Shown: positions 28,620 to 38,380 of the stretch, piece by piece
Position numbering within the stretch: the first letter of the stretch is position 1
Layout of the letters: every line of letters begins with the position of its first letter
Origin: Candidatus Saccharimonadota bacterium
Lineage (GTDB): Bacteria > Patescibacteriota > Saccharimonadia > CAILAD01 > BJGX01
Direction of reading: 5' to 3'
Length of the DNA stretch: 64,000 nt
Assembly (NCBI GenBank): GCA_016191105.1
Contig: JACPPH010000004.1
Location: 65,230-129,229 of the forward strand
Translations under genes and position numbers: made by a program
The notes under the pieces: model-generated
What the model was told of the DNA's origin: nothing
Database searches by the model: none
The model's input: the letters and a program-made list of their open reading frames with translations, nothing else

Positions 28620-29241
28620 AAACCTCGCCTGGGTCAATGGCCAGTTCGTGCTTAATCTTATCGAGCTCATCTCGTGTCGGCTTGTATTCATCCACGAACT
28701 CGAGATAGTCTTGGTTCTCGAAAAGGTTTAAGATCCGATGGGGAAGTAACCAATCTGAGCTACATAGACCGGTATAATATGACAAGCTTGACCACTGCCA
28801 GTGCTGGTAGTCGTTGGGATTAAGATGAATATAGCGCGATATGTGGAGCAAATAACTGTCCGAGCTAATTCTAGAAGCCCGGTAACGTTGTTGAAAAACT
28901 GGCCCAATCCGTTTATAGCGATCGTTGAAATACATACCATAGGCCACACCAACGCTTTTCATTAATAACTTCATGGCATCAACGGTCTGTTGATACAGAA
29001 GGAGATGAAAATGATTAGGCATCAAGCAAAATGCCAAAAGCTCTACGGTGCCAAAGTATGTGGGGTATTGTACGCCAGCCGAATTTTTTGCTGGGGTACT
29101 GCTCAAATAGCGCTTTAGAAGCCCCACAAACACAGCATAATCTCTATCATCATTGAAAATGACTTGACGATTCACCCCACGATTATAGACGTGGTAAAAA
29201 CTCTGAGGAGCGTATTGTTTGTAAATATTCCTACCAGGCAT
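28618..29241 (-). mobile_element. REP-associated tyrosine (Y1/HUH) transposase, RAYT-like
   Basis: YHVYNRG, FCLMPNHFHLL, GPVFQQRY, YIHLNP, WSS; flanked by inverted REPs. Confidence 0.9.
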
Positions 29242-29249
29242 GACGCTCA

Positions 29250-29272
29250 TTCTAAGGGTACGACCCTTAGAA
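29250..29272. repeat. REP palindrome upstream of the RAYT-like gene
   Basis: ttctaagggtacgacccttagaa. Confidence 0.85.
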
Positions 29273-29476
29273 TACAAGCATGATAGTTTTGGTTGAGAAT
29301 AATAGGTGTTCTCTAGCCAATAATTAGCCGGCGCGGCTTGACAAGCCATATTAGTTATGGTAAGTTCCAATTGACAGGAAGGCCAAAATCTAGCCTTCGT
29401 GCCGTAGCTTGCAGGTTGATAGAAGGGAGTTAGCACTGACGAGATAGCGACAAAAGCGAAACGAAAGGACGATCCC

Positions 29477-29680
29477 ATGGAGGTTAACTGGAGAAACACC
29501 AGCGGAAGCCGCCGCGAACACGACAGGGTTGCCAGTCTGAGTACCGACAAGATCGAGGGGCGACTGTCCCGACTTCACAGCCCCGACGGGCGTAGGTCAC
29601 CGTACGGCATTACAACTGCCGACGAAGAAGAGGCGCTCCTGTCTGAGCTCGACGCTCGCAGGTACCCCAACGTCGAGTGA
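29477..29680 (+). CDS. hypothetical protein (GC-rich unit 8)
   Basis: TTGACA-17-TAAGTT promoter (29338-29366), GAAAGGA SD, terminator gggcagctc..gagctgccc. Confidence 0.65.
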   Translation: MEVNWRNTSGSRREHDRVASLSTDKIEGRLSRLHSPDGRRSPYGITTADEEEALLSELDARRYPNVE

Positions 29681-29774
29681 CACAAACCCTCACACCAACA
29701 CCAACCTCAAAAAGCAAAAAAGGCGATCAATGACGATCGCTTGGGCAGCTCAACGACGAGCTGCCCTTTGCGTT

Positions 29775-31532
29775 TTAGAGCTCGATTTTACCCGTGGCCG
29801 ACTGCATATCGAATAGCTTTTTGTACAAGCCATCATTTTTCATGAGTTCTTCATGGGTACCACGCTCTTCTATTTTGCCCTTCTCGAGCACCAAAATCTC
29901 ATCGGCGTGCCGCACAGTACTCAGGCGGTGGGCGATTATGAGCGCCATCCGACCCCTCATAAGCTTTTTAAGACCATCTTGAACTAGTCGCTCACTTTCG
30001 CTATCCAATGCACTGGTAGCCTCGTCTAGGATTACTAGCTGTGGGTCTTTAAGTATAGCCCTGGCAATGGCCACTCGCTGCTTCTGTCCACCACTAAGCT
30101 TTATGCCGCGTTCGCCGACTAGCGTGTCGTAGCCACTTGGTAATTCAGATATAAATTCTTTGGCATGGGCTTGTTCAGCCGCTGTATAAATAGCTTCTTT
30201 CTTTGCGTGTGGGTTACCAATTGCCAGATTATCTTTCAGCGATGTGTTGAATAGGGTTACGTCTTGCATGACCATGCCCATATGTTTTCGGATTGATTCT
30301 TGGGTAAAGCTATCAATATTGCCACCATTTATTTCTATCTGGCCAGAGGTAGGTTCATAGAACCGAAGCAGCAATTTGGTAATCGTACTCTTACCAACGC
30401 CCGATGGGCCGACTAAGGCTACAGTTTTTCCAGGAGCAATAGAGAAGTTTAGATTCTTAACGGCACCCTTCTTGCCCTTTTTGTAGTCGAAACTAACATT
30501 TTTGAACTCGATGGAATCTAGGCTCTCTAGGTCTTTGGCATTGGCTTTGTCTTCTAGGGTTGGCTTGGTTTCAAATATATCCATTAGTCGACTCACATTT
30601 ACCTCAATACGGACATTGTTGTCGAAGAACCGACCAACACTTAGGGCAACACCACTTAGCTGAAGAAGATATAGTGCCACTAGAGCTACATCGCCCGGGC
30701 TATAGGCTTTGTGCAAGGCGCCAAAACCGACAATAATAATACTAATACTCATGCCAACATTGAATATGATGTCTCTAAAGAATATGTGGCGAGCCCATAT
30801 TGTTAGATACGTCTTATATTTACCCTCAGCCCTAGTGAGTTCTCGCTCATATTTTTGGTACTGCGATCCGGCCGCATTAAAAGATTTAATTACGCCGAAT
30901 TGAGAAAAAGTCTCTAACAAAATCCCACTGGCTTCTTCCTCGGCTTTTCTACCGGCCTTTTGCAGGTGTCTGGTTTTCTTTGCATTACGGATAAAGAGTA
31001 GTGTTTGAGCCGAAATGGCTAGTAGCATTACACCCACAATCGGCGGTGAGACGAAAAAGATAAACAAGAGATTGATAACGGTTTGGCTAACTCCTCCCAA
31101 TAAACCCCAGCTAAAGTTCCCAATCCAACTGATAATACCGTTAACACCGGAGATTATCTTGTTAGAAAGTGCCCCGCTCTTTTCCTGCTCAAAAAAGTCT
31201 AGTGAAAGAGATGACAGTTTTTGAAAAACCTGTCTACCAAGTATTTTCTCGAGCCGATAGTACAATCCTTCGTTTACTCTCCATTGGACAGTCTCGAAGA
31301 AACTAGAAAAAACACTTATTAATATCAGTAAAATGCCTAAAAATATTAATGCCTGGAGGGTGGAGACATTCGGCGCAAGACCAGATAGGCCAGCAACTCG
31401 ATTTATTATTAACTTAAGAACCTGTGGACGCAGAGCGTTGAGAATAGATGCAATAACACTTAAAGTAATCAGCACTGCCATGTAGCGCCGTAAATAAGGG
31501 ATTAGCTTCAGTCCTTTTCGGATGTTTTTCAT
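29775..31532 (-). CDS. ABC exporter, fused permease/ATPase (MsbA-like)
   Basis: TM domain, GPSGVGKST, LSGGQKQR, ILDEATSALD. Confidence 0.95.
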   Translation of the reverse strand: MKNIRKGLKLIPYLRRYMAVLITLSVIASILNALRPQVLKLIINRVAGLSGLAPNVSTLQALIFLGILLILISVFSSFFETVQWRVNEGLYYRLEKILGRQVFQKLSSLSLDFFEQEKSGALSNKIISGVNGIISWIGNFSWGLLGGVSQTVINLLFIFFVSPPIVGVMLLAISAQTLLFIRNAKKTRHLQKAGRKAEEEASGILLETFSQFGVIKSFNAAGSQYQKYERELTRAEGKYKTYLTIWARHIFFRDIIFNVGMSISIIIVGFGALHKAYSPGDVALVALYLLQLSGVALSVGRFFDNNVRIEVNVSRLMDIFETKPTLEDKANAKDLESLDSIEFKNVSFDYKKGKKGAVKNLNFSIAPGKTVALVGPSGVGKSTITKLLLRFYEPTSGQIEINGGNIDSFTQESIRKHMGMVMQDVTLFNTSLKDNLAIGNPHAKKEAIYTAAEQAHAKEFISELPSGYDTLVGERGIKLSGGQKQRVAIARAILKDPQLVILDEATSALDSESERLVQDGLKKLMRGRMALIIAHRLSTVRHADEILVLEKGKIEERGTHEELMKNDGLYKKLFDMQSATGKIEL

Positions 31533-31809
31533 AAGAGGTTTATTGTATCTGGAAAACTAATATTTGACAAGGCTATTTTTTATGTTTTGGTTGTGCTATA
31601 ATAGACAGCAACAAGTACAGTTTTGTTGTTCGAGGCTAGTGCCAACAACTACAACAAGCCAAAGTTCTCATTTCATTCGAACCATAGGGCCTAAAACCAC
31701 TAGCATTATTTAGCCAAGTGTGGTATAATATACATCATGCTCAAGTAATTGAGTATTTTAATCAGGTTAGTATCTGTTACGTCAGCGACCAGGAGGGTAT
31801 AATAGCGCT

Positions 31810-33969
31810 ATGGTGCGAAAGAAGCACAAAAAGAAACCAGCTAAGCTCCAAAAAGGCAAAAAGCTTAACAAAAAAGAGCAGCAAGAAAAGGCTGAAGCTC
31901 AAGCTGAGCTTAAGCGCTCGATAGTACGCGAGATAGTTGCCATTATTTTGATTGCTTTGGCAGTCTTTTTACTGCTGGCCAGCTTTGGTTTGGCGGCCAC
32001 TGCAGGCGCTTGGATTCTGGGAGCTATTAAGGTGGTGATTGGCTTAAGTGCCTATGTCTTGCCGCTCACATTATTATTGACGGCCTGGGTGCTGTTCTTG
32101 CCCGAAAAGTATCAGCTCAGGGGCTATAACATATTGGGTCAAATGGCGTTTTATGTGTTTTTGAGTAGCATATTTGCCTTTATATTTAAATCGAACAGTC
32201 CGGACATAACTGTTTTGGCCAACCAGGGTGGCTTGGTGGGCTATGGTTTGTACGCGCTAATGTCACCAGTGCTAAACCAGTGGGTGGCGATCTTTATCCT
32301 CAGCGCATTATTAACTATCAGCATTGTGATTGCCGCTAATGCCCGACTCAAGGACATAATTATCAAGACTTTGTCGCTATTTGGCTTGCGTCGCAAGGAT
32401 GGCGAAGATGGCAACGAAGAAACCGAACCAAAATTCCAAATTAATACCAAACTACCCATAAAGGGCACGATTGGCAACGAAGACCAAGACCAGCCCAAAG
32501 AGAAAGAGGAGGCCTTAACTGGTGCGCTTGACAAAGACTGGAAATACCCAAGCTTGGATTTACTAGAAGAGGGTGGTAGCAAGGCCGACGCCGGCGACGT
32601 TAAGGCCAATGCCAAGCTTATACAAGACACCTTGGCTCACTTTGGTATCGATGTATCGATGGCCGATGTAAATATTGGCCCCACGGTTGCTCAATACAGT
32701 CTTAAGCCACCAACCGGTGTTAAGTTGAACAAGATTACTACCCTAGACCGAGACCTAGCCCTAGCCCTAGCTCAGCACCCAATCCGCATTGAGGCACCAA
32801 TTCCAGGCAAGAGCTTGGTCGGCATAGAGGTTCCAAACAAGAAGGTGGCCATGGTGCGCCTGCGCGACATTTTGGCTAGCAAAGATATGGATCAATACAA
32901 GTCCAGACTGGATTTTGTGTTGGGTCGTGATGTATCGGGCGAGATTGTGGTGGCCGATCTCAACAAGATGCCACACTTGCTGATAGCTGGTGCTACCGGC
33001 GCCGGTAAGAGCGTTACCATAAGTGCGCTAATTGCCAGCCTGCTGTATCGCAATAGTCCGAGTGAGCTTAAGCTCATATTGGTCGACCCTAAGCGCGTCG
33101 AGATGACCCCTTACAACGATATCCCGCACTTATTAACACCGGTAATAACTGAGCCCGATAAAACTATCAGCTCACTCAAGTGGGCGGTTGCCGAGATGGA
33201 GCGCCGTTATAAATTATTCTCAGAAACCGCCAACAAGAACATCTCTGAATACAACTCTAGTAATCGTGAAGATGCCATGCCATTCATTGTAATTTTAATT
33301 GATGAGTTGGCCGACCTAATGATGGTGGCTGCCAAAGAGGTTGAGGGTTTGATTGTGCGCTTGGCTCAGATGGGCCGGGCGGCTGGTATGCACTTGGTGC
33401 TGGCCACCCAGCGCCCGGATGTCAATGTGATTACGGGTATAATTAAGGCCAACATACCAAGCCGAATTGCTTTGCGCACCGCCAGCCAGATAGACTCACG
33501 CACCATTCTAGACCAAGCTGGAGCCGAGAAGCTGATTGGCAATGGTGACATGTTGTTTGTGAATGCCGAACTCACTAAGCCTAAGCGTATTCAAGGCGTC
33601 TATATAGCCAATAAAGAAACTGAGAATCTAGCCAAATTCTTACGCGAACAGCGAGCTGCTGAATACAACGAAGAGGTGACTGCTCAAGCTGTAAAGATGC
33701 CGGGTAGCCCTGGCAGCCTAGAGAGTGCCGATGATGACATGTTTGAGCAGGCCGCAGAGGTGGTGATACAGAATAGCAAGGCCAGCGCTAGCTTATTGCA
33801 GCGACGCCTGAGGGTAGGGTATGCCCGTGCCGCTCGGCTAATAGACTTACTTGAAGAACGGGGTGTTGTTGGTCCACCCGATGGCGCTAGGCCACGCGAA
33901 GTTTTGGTTTCAGATATTTCTGATCTTATGGGCGGAAGCTTGGGCGGAGGCGAGGAACAGCCTAAGTGA
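31810..33969 (+). CDS. ftsK: DNA translocase FtsK/SpoIIIE
   Basis: N-terminal TMs, GATGAGKS, IDELADLM, gamma domain LLQRRLRVGYARAAR. Confidence 0.97.
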   Translation: MVRKKHKKKPAKLQKGKKLNKKEQQEKAEAQAELKRSIVREIVAIILIALAVFLLLASFGLAATAGAWILGAIKVVIGLSAYVLPLTLLLTAWVLFLPEKYQLRGYNILGQMAFYVFLSSIFAFIFKSNSPDITVLANQGGLVGYGLYALMSPVLNQWVAIFILSALLTISIVIAANARLKDIIIKTLSLFGLRRKDGEDGNEETEPKFQINTKLPIKGTIGNEDQDQPKEKEEALTGALDKDWKYPSLDLLEEGGSKADAGDVKANAKLIQDTLAHFGIDVSMADVNIGPTVAQYSLKPPTGVKLNKITTLDRDLALALAQHPIRIEAPIPGKSLVGIEVPNKKVAMVRLRDILASKDMDQYKSRLDFVLGRDVSGEIVVADLNKMPHLLIAGATGAGKSVTISALIASLLYRNSPSELKLILVDPKRVEMTPYNDIPHLLTPVITEPDKTISSLKWAVAEMERRYKLFSETANKNISEYNSSNREDAMPFIVILIDELADLMMVAAKEVEGLIVRLAQMGRAAGMHLVLATQRPDVNVITGIIKANIPSRIALRTASQIDSRTILDQAGAEKLIGNGDMLFVNAELTKPKRIQGVYIANKETENLAKFLREQRAAEYNEEVTAQAVKMPGSPGSLESADDDMFEQAAEVVIQNSKASASLLQRRLRVGYARAARLIDLLEERGVVGPPDGARPREVLVSDISDLMGGSLGGGEEQPK

Positions 33970-35009
33970 GCGATGAACAGCTTAAAGAATCGGCGAAAGG
34001 CACCGACTCGCCGGCCAAGATTTCATTACATGTGGCTTTGCCGGAGCTACTGCAAAAACGCCGCAATGAGCTGGGCTATAGCTTAAAAGACGTCGAAAAA
34101 GCCATAAATGTTCGCGAGATTTACCTGGGTCAAATTGAAGCCGGTGATTACGACAAACTACCCGACGATGTCTACGCCAAGGGATACGTTAAAAACTATG
34201 CTGACTACTTAGGATTCGATACTAAGCCGATCATGCAGCTTTACACAAATGAACGTGTGGCTCACAAACAAGCCTCGGCCGACTCGCATAGCCGGCAAAA
34301 GTCATCGGGCTTTAACCTTAAGCCAATTGGTAGCGGGGCGGTTGTAGTTACTCCCAAGGCCATCGCTATACTGATAGGCGTGGCTACCTTTGTTATTGCT
34401 GCTGGCTATATATTGTGGCAGTTTGTGCTATTGGCGGCGCCACCCAAGATTAACCTAAATTCACAGATCCCAGGCACGGTTAACACCAGCTATATAATTG
34501 TCAGTGGCCAGATCGATGCTGGCAGTGATTTATTTATCAATAGCTCGCCGGTTCAAATTAGCCCCGACGGTAGCTTCTCGGAACGTATTGCGGTTGAGGA
34601 TGGTGATAACACCATAACTCTGATGGCGCGCAACAAGCTGGGTAAAACCAGCACTATGTCGAAAAATATTGTGGCTCGCCTGCCAAACTCAGCCAACGCC
34701 GATCTCGCGAGTCAGTTACCAGCCAACCCAGTCGACGGGGTGCAGATTGTTATAAAGGTAAATAAGCAAGCCACCTGGATTGTGGCTAAGGCTGACGGGC
34801 AAGATGCTTTTCACGGCACCATGCTACCGGGCTCCCAGCAGCTTATAAAAGCCAAGCAGAGCATAACTCTTACTACCGGTAATGGCGGCGCCACCAGTGT
34901 GGTTATCACCAACTCATCGGTAGCCCGCAAGAACCTTGGCCAACTTGGCAGAGATGGTGAGGCCAAGATTGATTTAACATTTAACAAAGACACCCAGTTT
35001 AGCCAGTAG
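33966..35009 (+). CDS. rodZ: RodZ-like HTH membrane protein
   Basis: HTH with LP..VYAKGYVKNYA.YLG, one TM, DUF4115-like C-terminus; follows ftsK. Confidence 0.8.
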   Translation: MSDEQLKESAKGTDSPAKISLHVALPELLQKRRNELGYSLKDVEKAINVREIYLGQIEAGDYDKLPDDVYAKGYVKNYADYLGFDTKPIMQLYTNERVAHKQASADSHSRQKSSGFNLKPIGSGAVVVTPKAIAILIGVATFVIAAGYILWQFVLLAAPPKINLNSQIPGTVNTSYIIVSGQIDAGSDLFINSSPVQISPDGSFSERIAVEDGDNTITLMARNKLGKTSTMSKNIVARLPNSANADLASQLPANPVDGVQIVIKVNKQATWIVAKADGQDAFHGTMLPGSQQLIKAKQSITLTTGNGGATSVVITNSSVARKNLGQLGRDGEAKIDLTFNKDTQFSQ

Positions 35010-35079
35010 TGCTTTACAGTATAGTTTTGAGCTGGTTAAATACCAATTAGGCTTTGTTCGTCGAAAACCTGGAGGAACC

Positions 35080-35400
35080 ATGGACAACAGCACTGCATCA
35101 GACCGGGTCCGTAGCTCGAGAGACCAACTGGTCAGATATCTTGAGGAACTTGGTGGCTATTCGGAGCAGCAACTAATCCAACTGATTGGGACCTGTGGAA
35201 CCAATCACCAACATCGAGCTAGCTGTGATAGGCACTTCTATCTGATCAAGCACCTCATCCACTGGCTTAAGTTTGGGCCCGTCTGGGTTCGAATCGACAG
35301 CCCGACCGGCCTAAGGTTCGCGCTGCCCGGGCCGAAGTACGAGATGTCGTGGTGGCAGATGGACTGGCCCGAGGGCATTCGGGTTTACTGCGAGGGCTAG
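35080..35400 (+). CDS. hypothetical protein (GC-rich unit 9)
   Basis: GGAGG SD; closing stem and hairpin 35413-35440. Confidence 0.65.
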   Translation: MDNSTASDRVRSSRDQLVRYLEELGGYSEQQLIQLIGTCGTNHQHRASCDRHFYLIKHLIHWLKFGPVWVRIDSPTGLRFALPGPKYEMSWWQMDWPEGIRVYCEG

Positions 35401-35530
35401 ACGTGCAAGGCCGCGTCCGCTGGGGAACCCCAGCGGACGCAGGCATGTTATTTACAGTGTAATATTTTTGCTTTACGCCCTCATTCAAACCTGATTAAAT
35501 AAGAGTACTAAAAATTTGCGAGAAAAAGTG

Positions 35531-35581
35531 TTGACATGTACGTTTCTTGTTCGGTACACTATCATTGAACATAATACGAAC
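35531..35581 (+). promoter_or_regulatory. recA promoter with two direct-repeat operator-like boxes
   Basis: TTGACA-18-TACACT; GTAC-N7-GTTC (35538-35552) and GAAC-N7-GAAC (35567-35581). Confidence 0.6.
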
Positions 35582-35594
35582 AAGGAGAAAGCCA

Positions 35595-36671
35595 ATGCCA
35601 ACAGCAACACCAGTAAAACAAGAAGGAAAGACCGAAATTATGGACAAGCCAAAAGCCAGTAGGAGTAGCTCAGATTCAGTCAGCAGCTCGGAACGAAAAT
35701 CTCGAATTAAAGCTGTAGATCTGGCTGTTGAACAAATCGAGCGCCAATTTGGCAAAGGCTCAATCATGAAGTTGGGTGAGGGGATGCAGGTTGCGGTTGA
35801 GACAATCCCAACTGGCAGCTTATCACTAGACCTTGCCTTGGGGGGAGGCATACCGCAGGGTCGAATTGTAGAAATTTATGGTCCAGAATCGAGCGGTAAA
35901 ACCACGTTGGCCTTGCACTCTGTTGCTGAGGTTCAAAACAGGGGTGGCTTGGCAGCTTTTATCGATGCCGAACATGCCTTGGATCCTGAATATGCCGCCA
36001 AAATCGGCGTTAATCTAGACGACTTATTAATATCGCAACCCGACACGGGCGAACAGGCCTTGGAGATTTGTGAGACCTTAGTGCGTTCTAGTGCTGTCGA
36101 CGTGGTAGTGGTTGACTCTGTCGCAGCCCTAGTGCCACGAGCCGAAATAGAGGGCGAGATGGGCGACAGCCACATGGGCTTACAGGCTCGTTTAATGAGC
36201 CAAGCTTTGCGCAAACTTACTGGTGTTATCGCCAAATCTAACACCACCGTTATCTTCATCAACCAGCTACGCATGAAGATTGGTGTGATGTTTGGTAATC
36301 CAGAGGTAACAGCTGGCGGTAATGCTCTTAAGTACTACTCGTCGGTGCGTCTCGACATTCGTCGTACAGAGCAAATTAAAGATGGTGATAACATTATTGG
36401 TAACCATGTAAAAGTAAAGGTTGTTAAGAATAAGATTGCTGCGCCATTTAGAATTGCCGAGTTTGATATTATGTACAACCAAGGCATTAGCAAGGCCGGC
36501 GACATGGTAGATCTAGCCGTCAAACACGGCTTAGTCGAAAAGGCCGGTGCCTGGTATGCCTACAAGGGTGAGAAGATTGGCCAGGGCCGTGAAGCTGCCA
36601 AGCAGTTTTTGAGCGACAATCCCAAAGTTATGAAAGAACTCGAGAAAGAGATCCGCTCTCAAGCAACTTAG
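35595..36671 (+). CDS. recA: recombinase RecA
   Basis: [30 protein letters not shown]; AAGGAG SD. Confidence 0.99.
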   Translation: MPTATPVKQEGKTEIMDKPKASRSSSDSVSSSERKSRIKAVDLAVEQIERQFGKGSIMKLGEGMQVAVETIPTGSLSLDLALGGGIPQGRIVEIYGPESSGKTTLALHSVAEVQNRGGLAAFIDAEHALDPEYAAKIGVNLDDLLISQPDTGEQALEICETLVRSSAVDVVVVDSVAALVPRAEIEGEMGDSHMGLQARLMSQALRKLTGVIAKSNTTVIFINQLRMKIGVMFGNPEVTAGGNALKYYSSVRLDIRRTEQIKDGDNIIGNHVKVKVVKNKIAAPFRIAEFDIMYNQGISKAGDMVDLAVKHGLVEKAGAWYAYKGEKIGQGREAAKQFLSDNPKVMKELEKEIRSQAT

Positions 36672-36700
36672 AGCCAGTATTTAGCCACCTGCGAGTTGTT

Positions 36701-37315
36701 ATGCCTACTGTCACCGACATTACTCAACAAAAAAAACGTACTCAACTCTACAATATCTTTGTAGACGGTGCGTTTTTTTGTTCGCTTAGCGATCTACAAC
36801 TTAGTTTATCTGGCATTGGCATAGGGGACGAAGTTGAGCCAGATAAGCTAGCCGAGCTCAAACACTCTTCATTGTATTCTAAAACCTATGACCGAGCCTT
36901 GTATTACATAAGTTTTCGGCCACGTAGTACACACGAAGTACGCAAATACTTACAAGAGAAAATTGAAGATAGTGATCAAATAGAGCCTGTAGTTCAAAAA
37001 CTTTCTGAGCAACAATTGCTAGACGATCAGCAGTTTGCTCGCAACTGGATAGAAAACCGCAACCTGCTCAAGCCTCGTTCAAAACGACAATTGCAGCAAG
37101 AACTGCGACAAAAGGGTGTAGGCAGTGAGATCATTGAAGCTGTTTTGGCTGAGCAAAACCACGATCAAGAACTACAAAACATTCAAAAACTAATTGCTAA
37201 AAAAAGAAAAGCCAGCCGCAAGACTGATGATATGACTCTTATTTCGCACATGAGCGCACGCGGCTTTCGCTACGCCGACATCAAAGCCGTACTAGGGGCC
37301 GAGAGTGCCGGCTAG
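36701..37315 (+). CDS. recX: regulatory protein RecX
   Basis: ALYYISFRPRS..EV, LDDQQFA, ELRQKGV; follows recA. Confidence 0.9.
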   Translation: MPTVTDITQQKKRTQLYNIFVDGAFFCSLSDLQLSLSGIGIGDEVEPDKLAELKHSSLYSKTYDRALYYISFRPRSTHEVRKYLQEKIEDSDQIEPVVQKLSEQQLLDDQQFARNWIENRNLLKPRSKRQLQQELRQKGVGSEIIEAVLAEQNHDQELQNIQKLIAKKRKASRKTDDMTLISHMSARGFRYADIKAVLGAESAG

Positions 37316-37380
37316 CTACGCTTGAGTACGAATCTAAAAATCACGGCCGCCAGTACAACCCACAAAGCAATTACAACCAC
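37312..37380 (-). CDS. 22-aa hydrophobic peptide, not in ORF track
   Basis: TTGAAG-17-TATAAT promoter (37403-37431), GAGGAG SD, MVVIALWVVLAAVIFRFVLKRS. Confidence 0.5.
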   Translation of the reverse strand: MVVIALWVVLAAVIFRFVLKRS

Positions 37381-37476
37381 TTCACACTCCTCATTGCTAG
37401 GTATTATATTTGTTAAGCTATAATACTTCAATAGAAAAAACTTTTGTTTTTACAATCTCTGACACTCGATCTTCTT

Positions 37477-37665
37477 CGGCCGTTGCCAACGATCGGCAAG
37501 CGAAGCCATTAAGCAACGCTCTTGTTTGCGAGAATTTGGTTGTTACCAAACCGCGCTAGCCTCCAAGAAGTTTCGACTGGCTGAGCACTGCTAGACTGTA
37601 AGCATAGGCCAGGCGGTTTTGCTATCTTTTGCCAAGACAAAAGATAGTCGCCCGAAAGGGTGAAA
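37477..37665 (+). repeat. structured intergenic element, copy 3 (first half only)
   Basis: Matches the first ~190 nt of copies 1 and 2. Confidence 0.85.
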
Positions 37666-37670
37666 GAATT

Positions 37671-38204
37671 TCAGCTTTTGGCCGGCAACACGCTTGGGCT
37701 AGTTTTTTGCAGTTTTATGGTGCTGTCTTTAACTACAATGGTTTTGTTATCATCTTTTACATCGACAACCATATTACGATCAATAATATGAGAGGCGTAA
37801 AAAAACTGCCAAATAGAACGTGATTTTAAGTAAAGCTTAGTTGCTGTGAAATCATTAGTGCTTAAGCTAAAGTCGTTAACCCGGCCTAGTTTTTTGCTGC
37901 TTTGGGTAACTACATTGGCACCACACAACAAAAAAGGCTGCTTTATATATGGCTTGAGTCGCACTAAATCCTCGTCTTCGGCTAGATCATTTGCAGATTC
38001 TATAATTAGTTTATTGTTATCGACCAGCTTTATGTCGTGCGGCAATAGGTAGCGTGGCCTAAATTTGGTCTGCAAATGAACTTGTAACATAACGATTTTA
38101 AAGTCATCGGGGTTAACAATGAGTTTTTGCACCCGACCCAGAATACCACCGTCCTGCACGCTAAAAACAGGCAGTTGAATAATATGACTAGCTAAGTGTG
38201 GCAT
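37671..38204 (-). CDS. PRC-barrel domain protein
   Basis: LPVFSVQDGGILGRV..LIVNP and VVTQSSKKLGRVNDF tandem pattern; TATACT 6 nt before ATG. Confidence 0.75.
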   Translation of the reverse strand: MPHLASHIIQLPVFSVQDGGILGRVQKLIVNPDDFKIVMLQVHLQTKFRPRYLLPHDIKLVDNNKLIIESANDLAEDEDLVRLKPYIKQPFLLCGANVVTQSSKKLGRVNDFSLSTNDFTATKLYLKSRSIWQFFYASHIIDRNMVVDVKDDNKTIVVKDSTIKLQKTSPSVLPAKS

Positions 38205-38225
38205 GCTTACAGTATACCTGGCCAA

Positions 38226-38380
38226 CTATTTCTTTTCGAACTCTTGCGCTATCTCAAGGTAACAGCAACGCAAATGTGAAACTTCTTTACCGTGTTATTT
38301 GAATCTGGTGGGCTAAACAAAATCGCACCAAACTCGGTTAACTCCTTGCCGCACTTGTCGCAAACCGGCTTAATTGCCAT
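38226..38380 (-). pseudogene. small zinc-finger protein with apparent 1-nt deletion near 38266
   Basis: MAIKPVCDKCGKEL..FSPP..KKFHICV, then in the shifted frame CYLEIAQEFEKK*. Confidence 0.65.

Noticed and set aside
29394-29468. CTGACGA..GAAA hammerhead-like fold in the unit 8 leader
   Set aside because: Stem II does not form beyond one pair and the cleavage position would be G; only an in vitro cleavage test could revive it.
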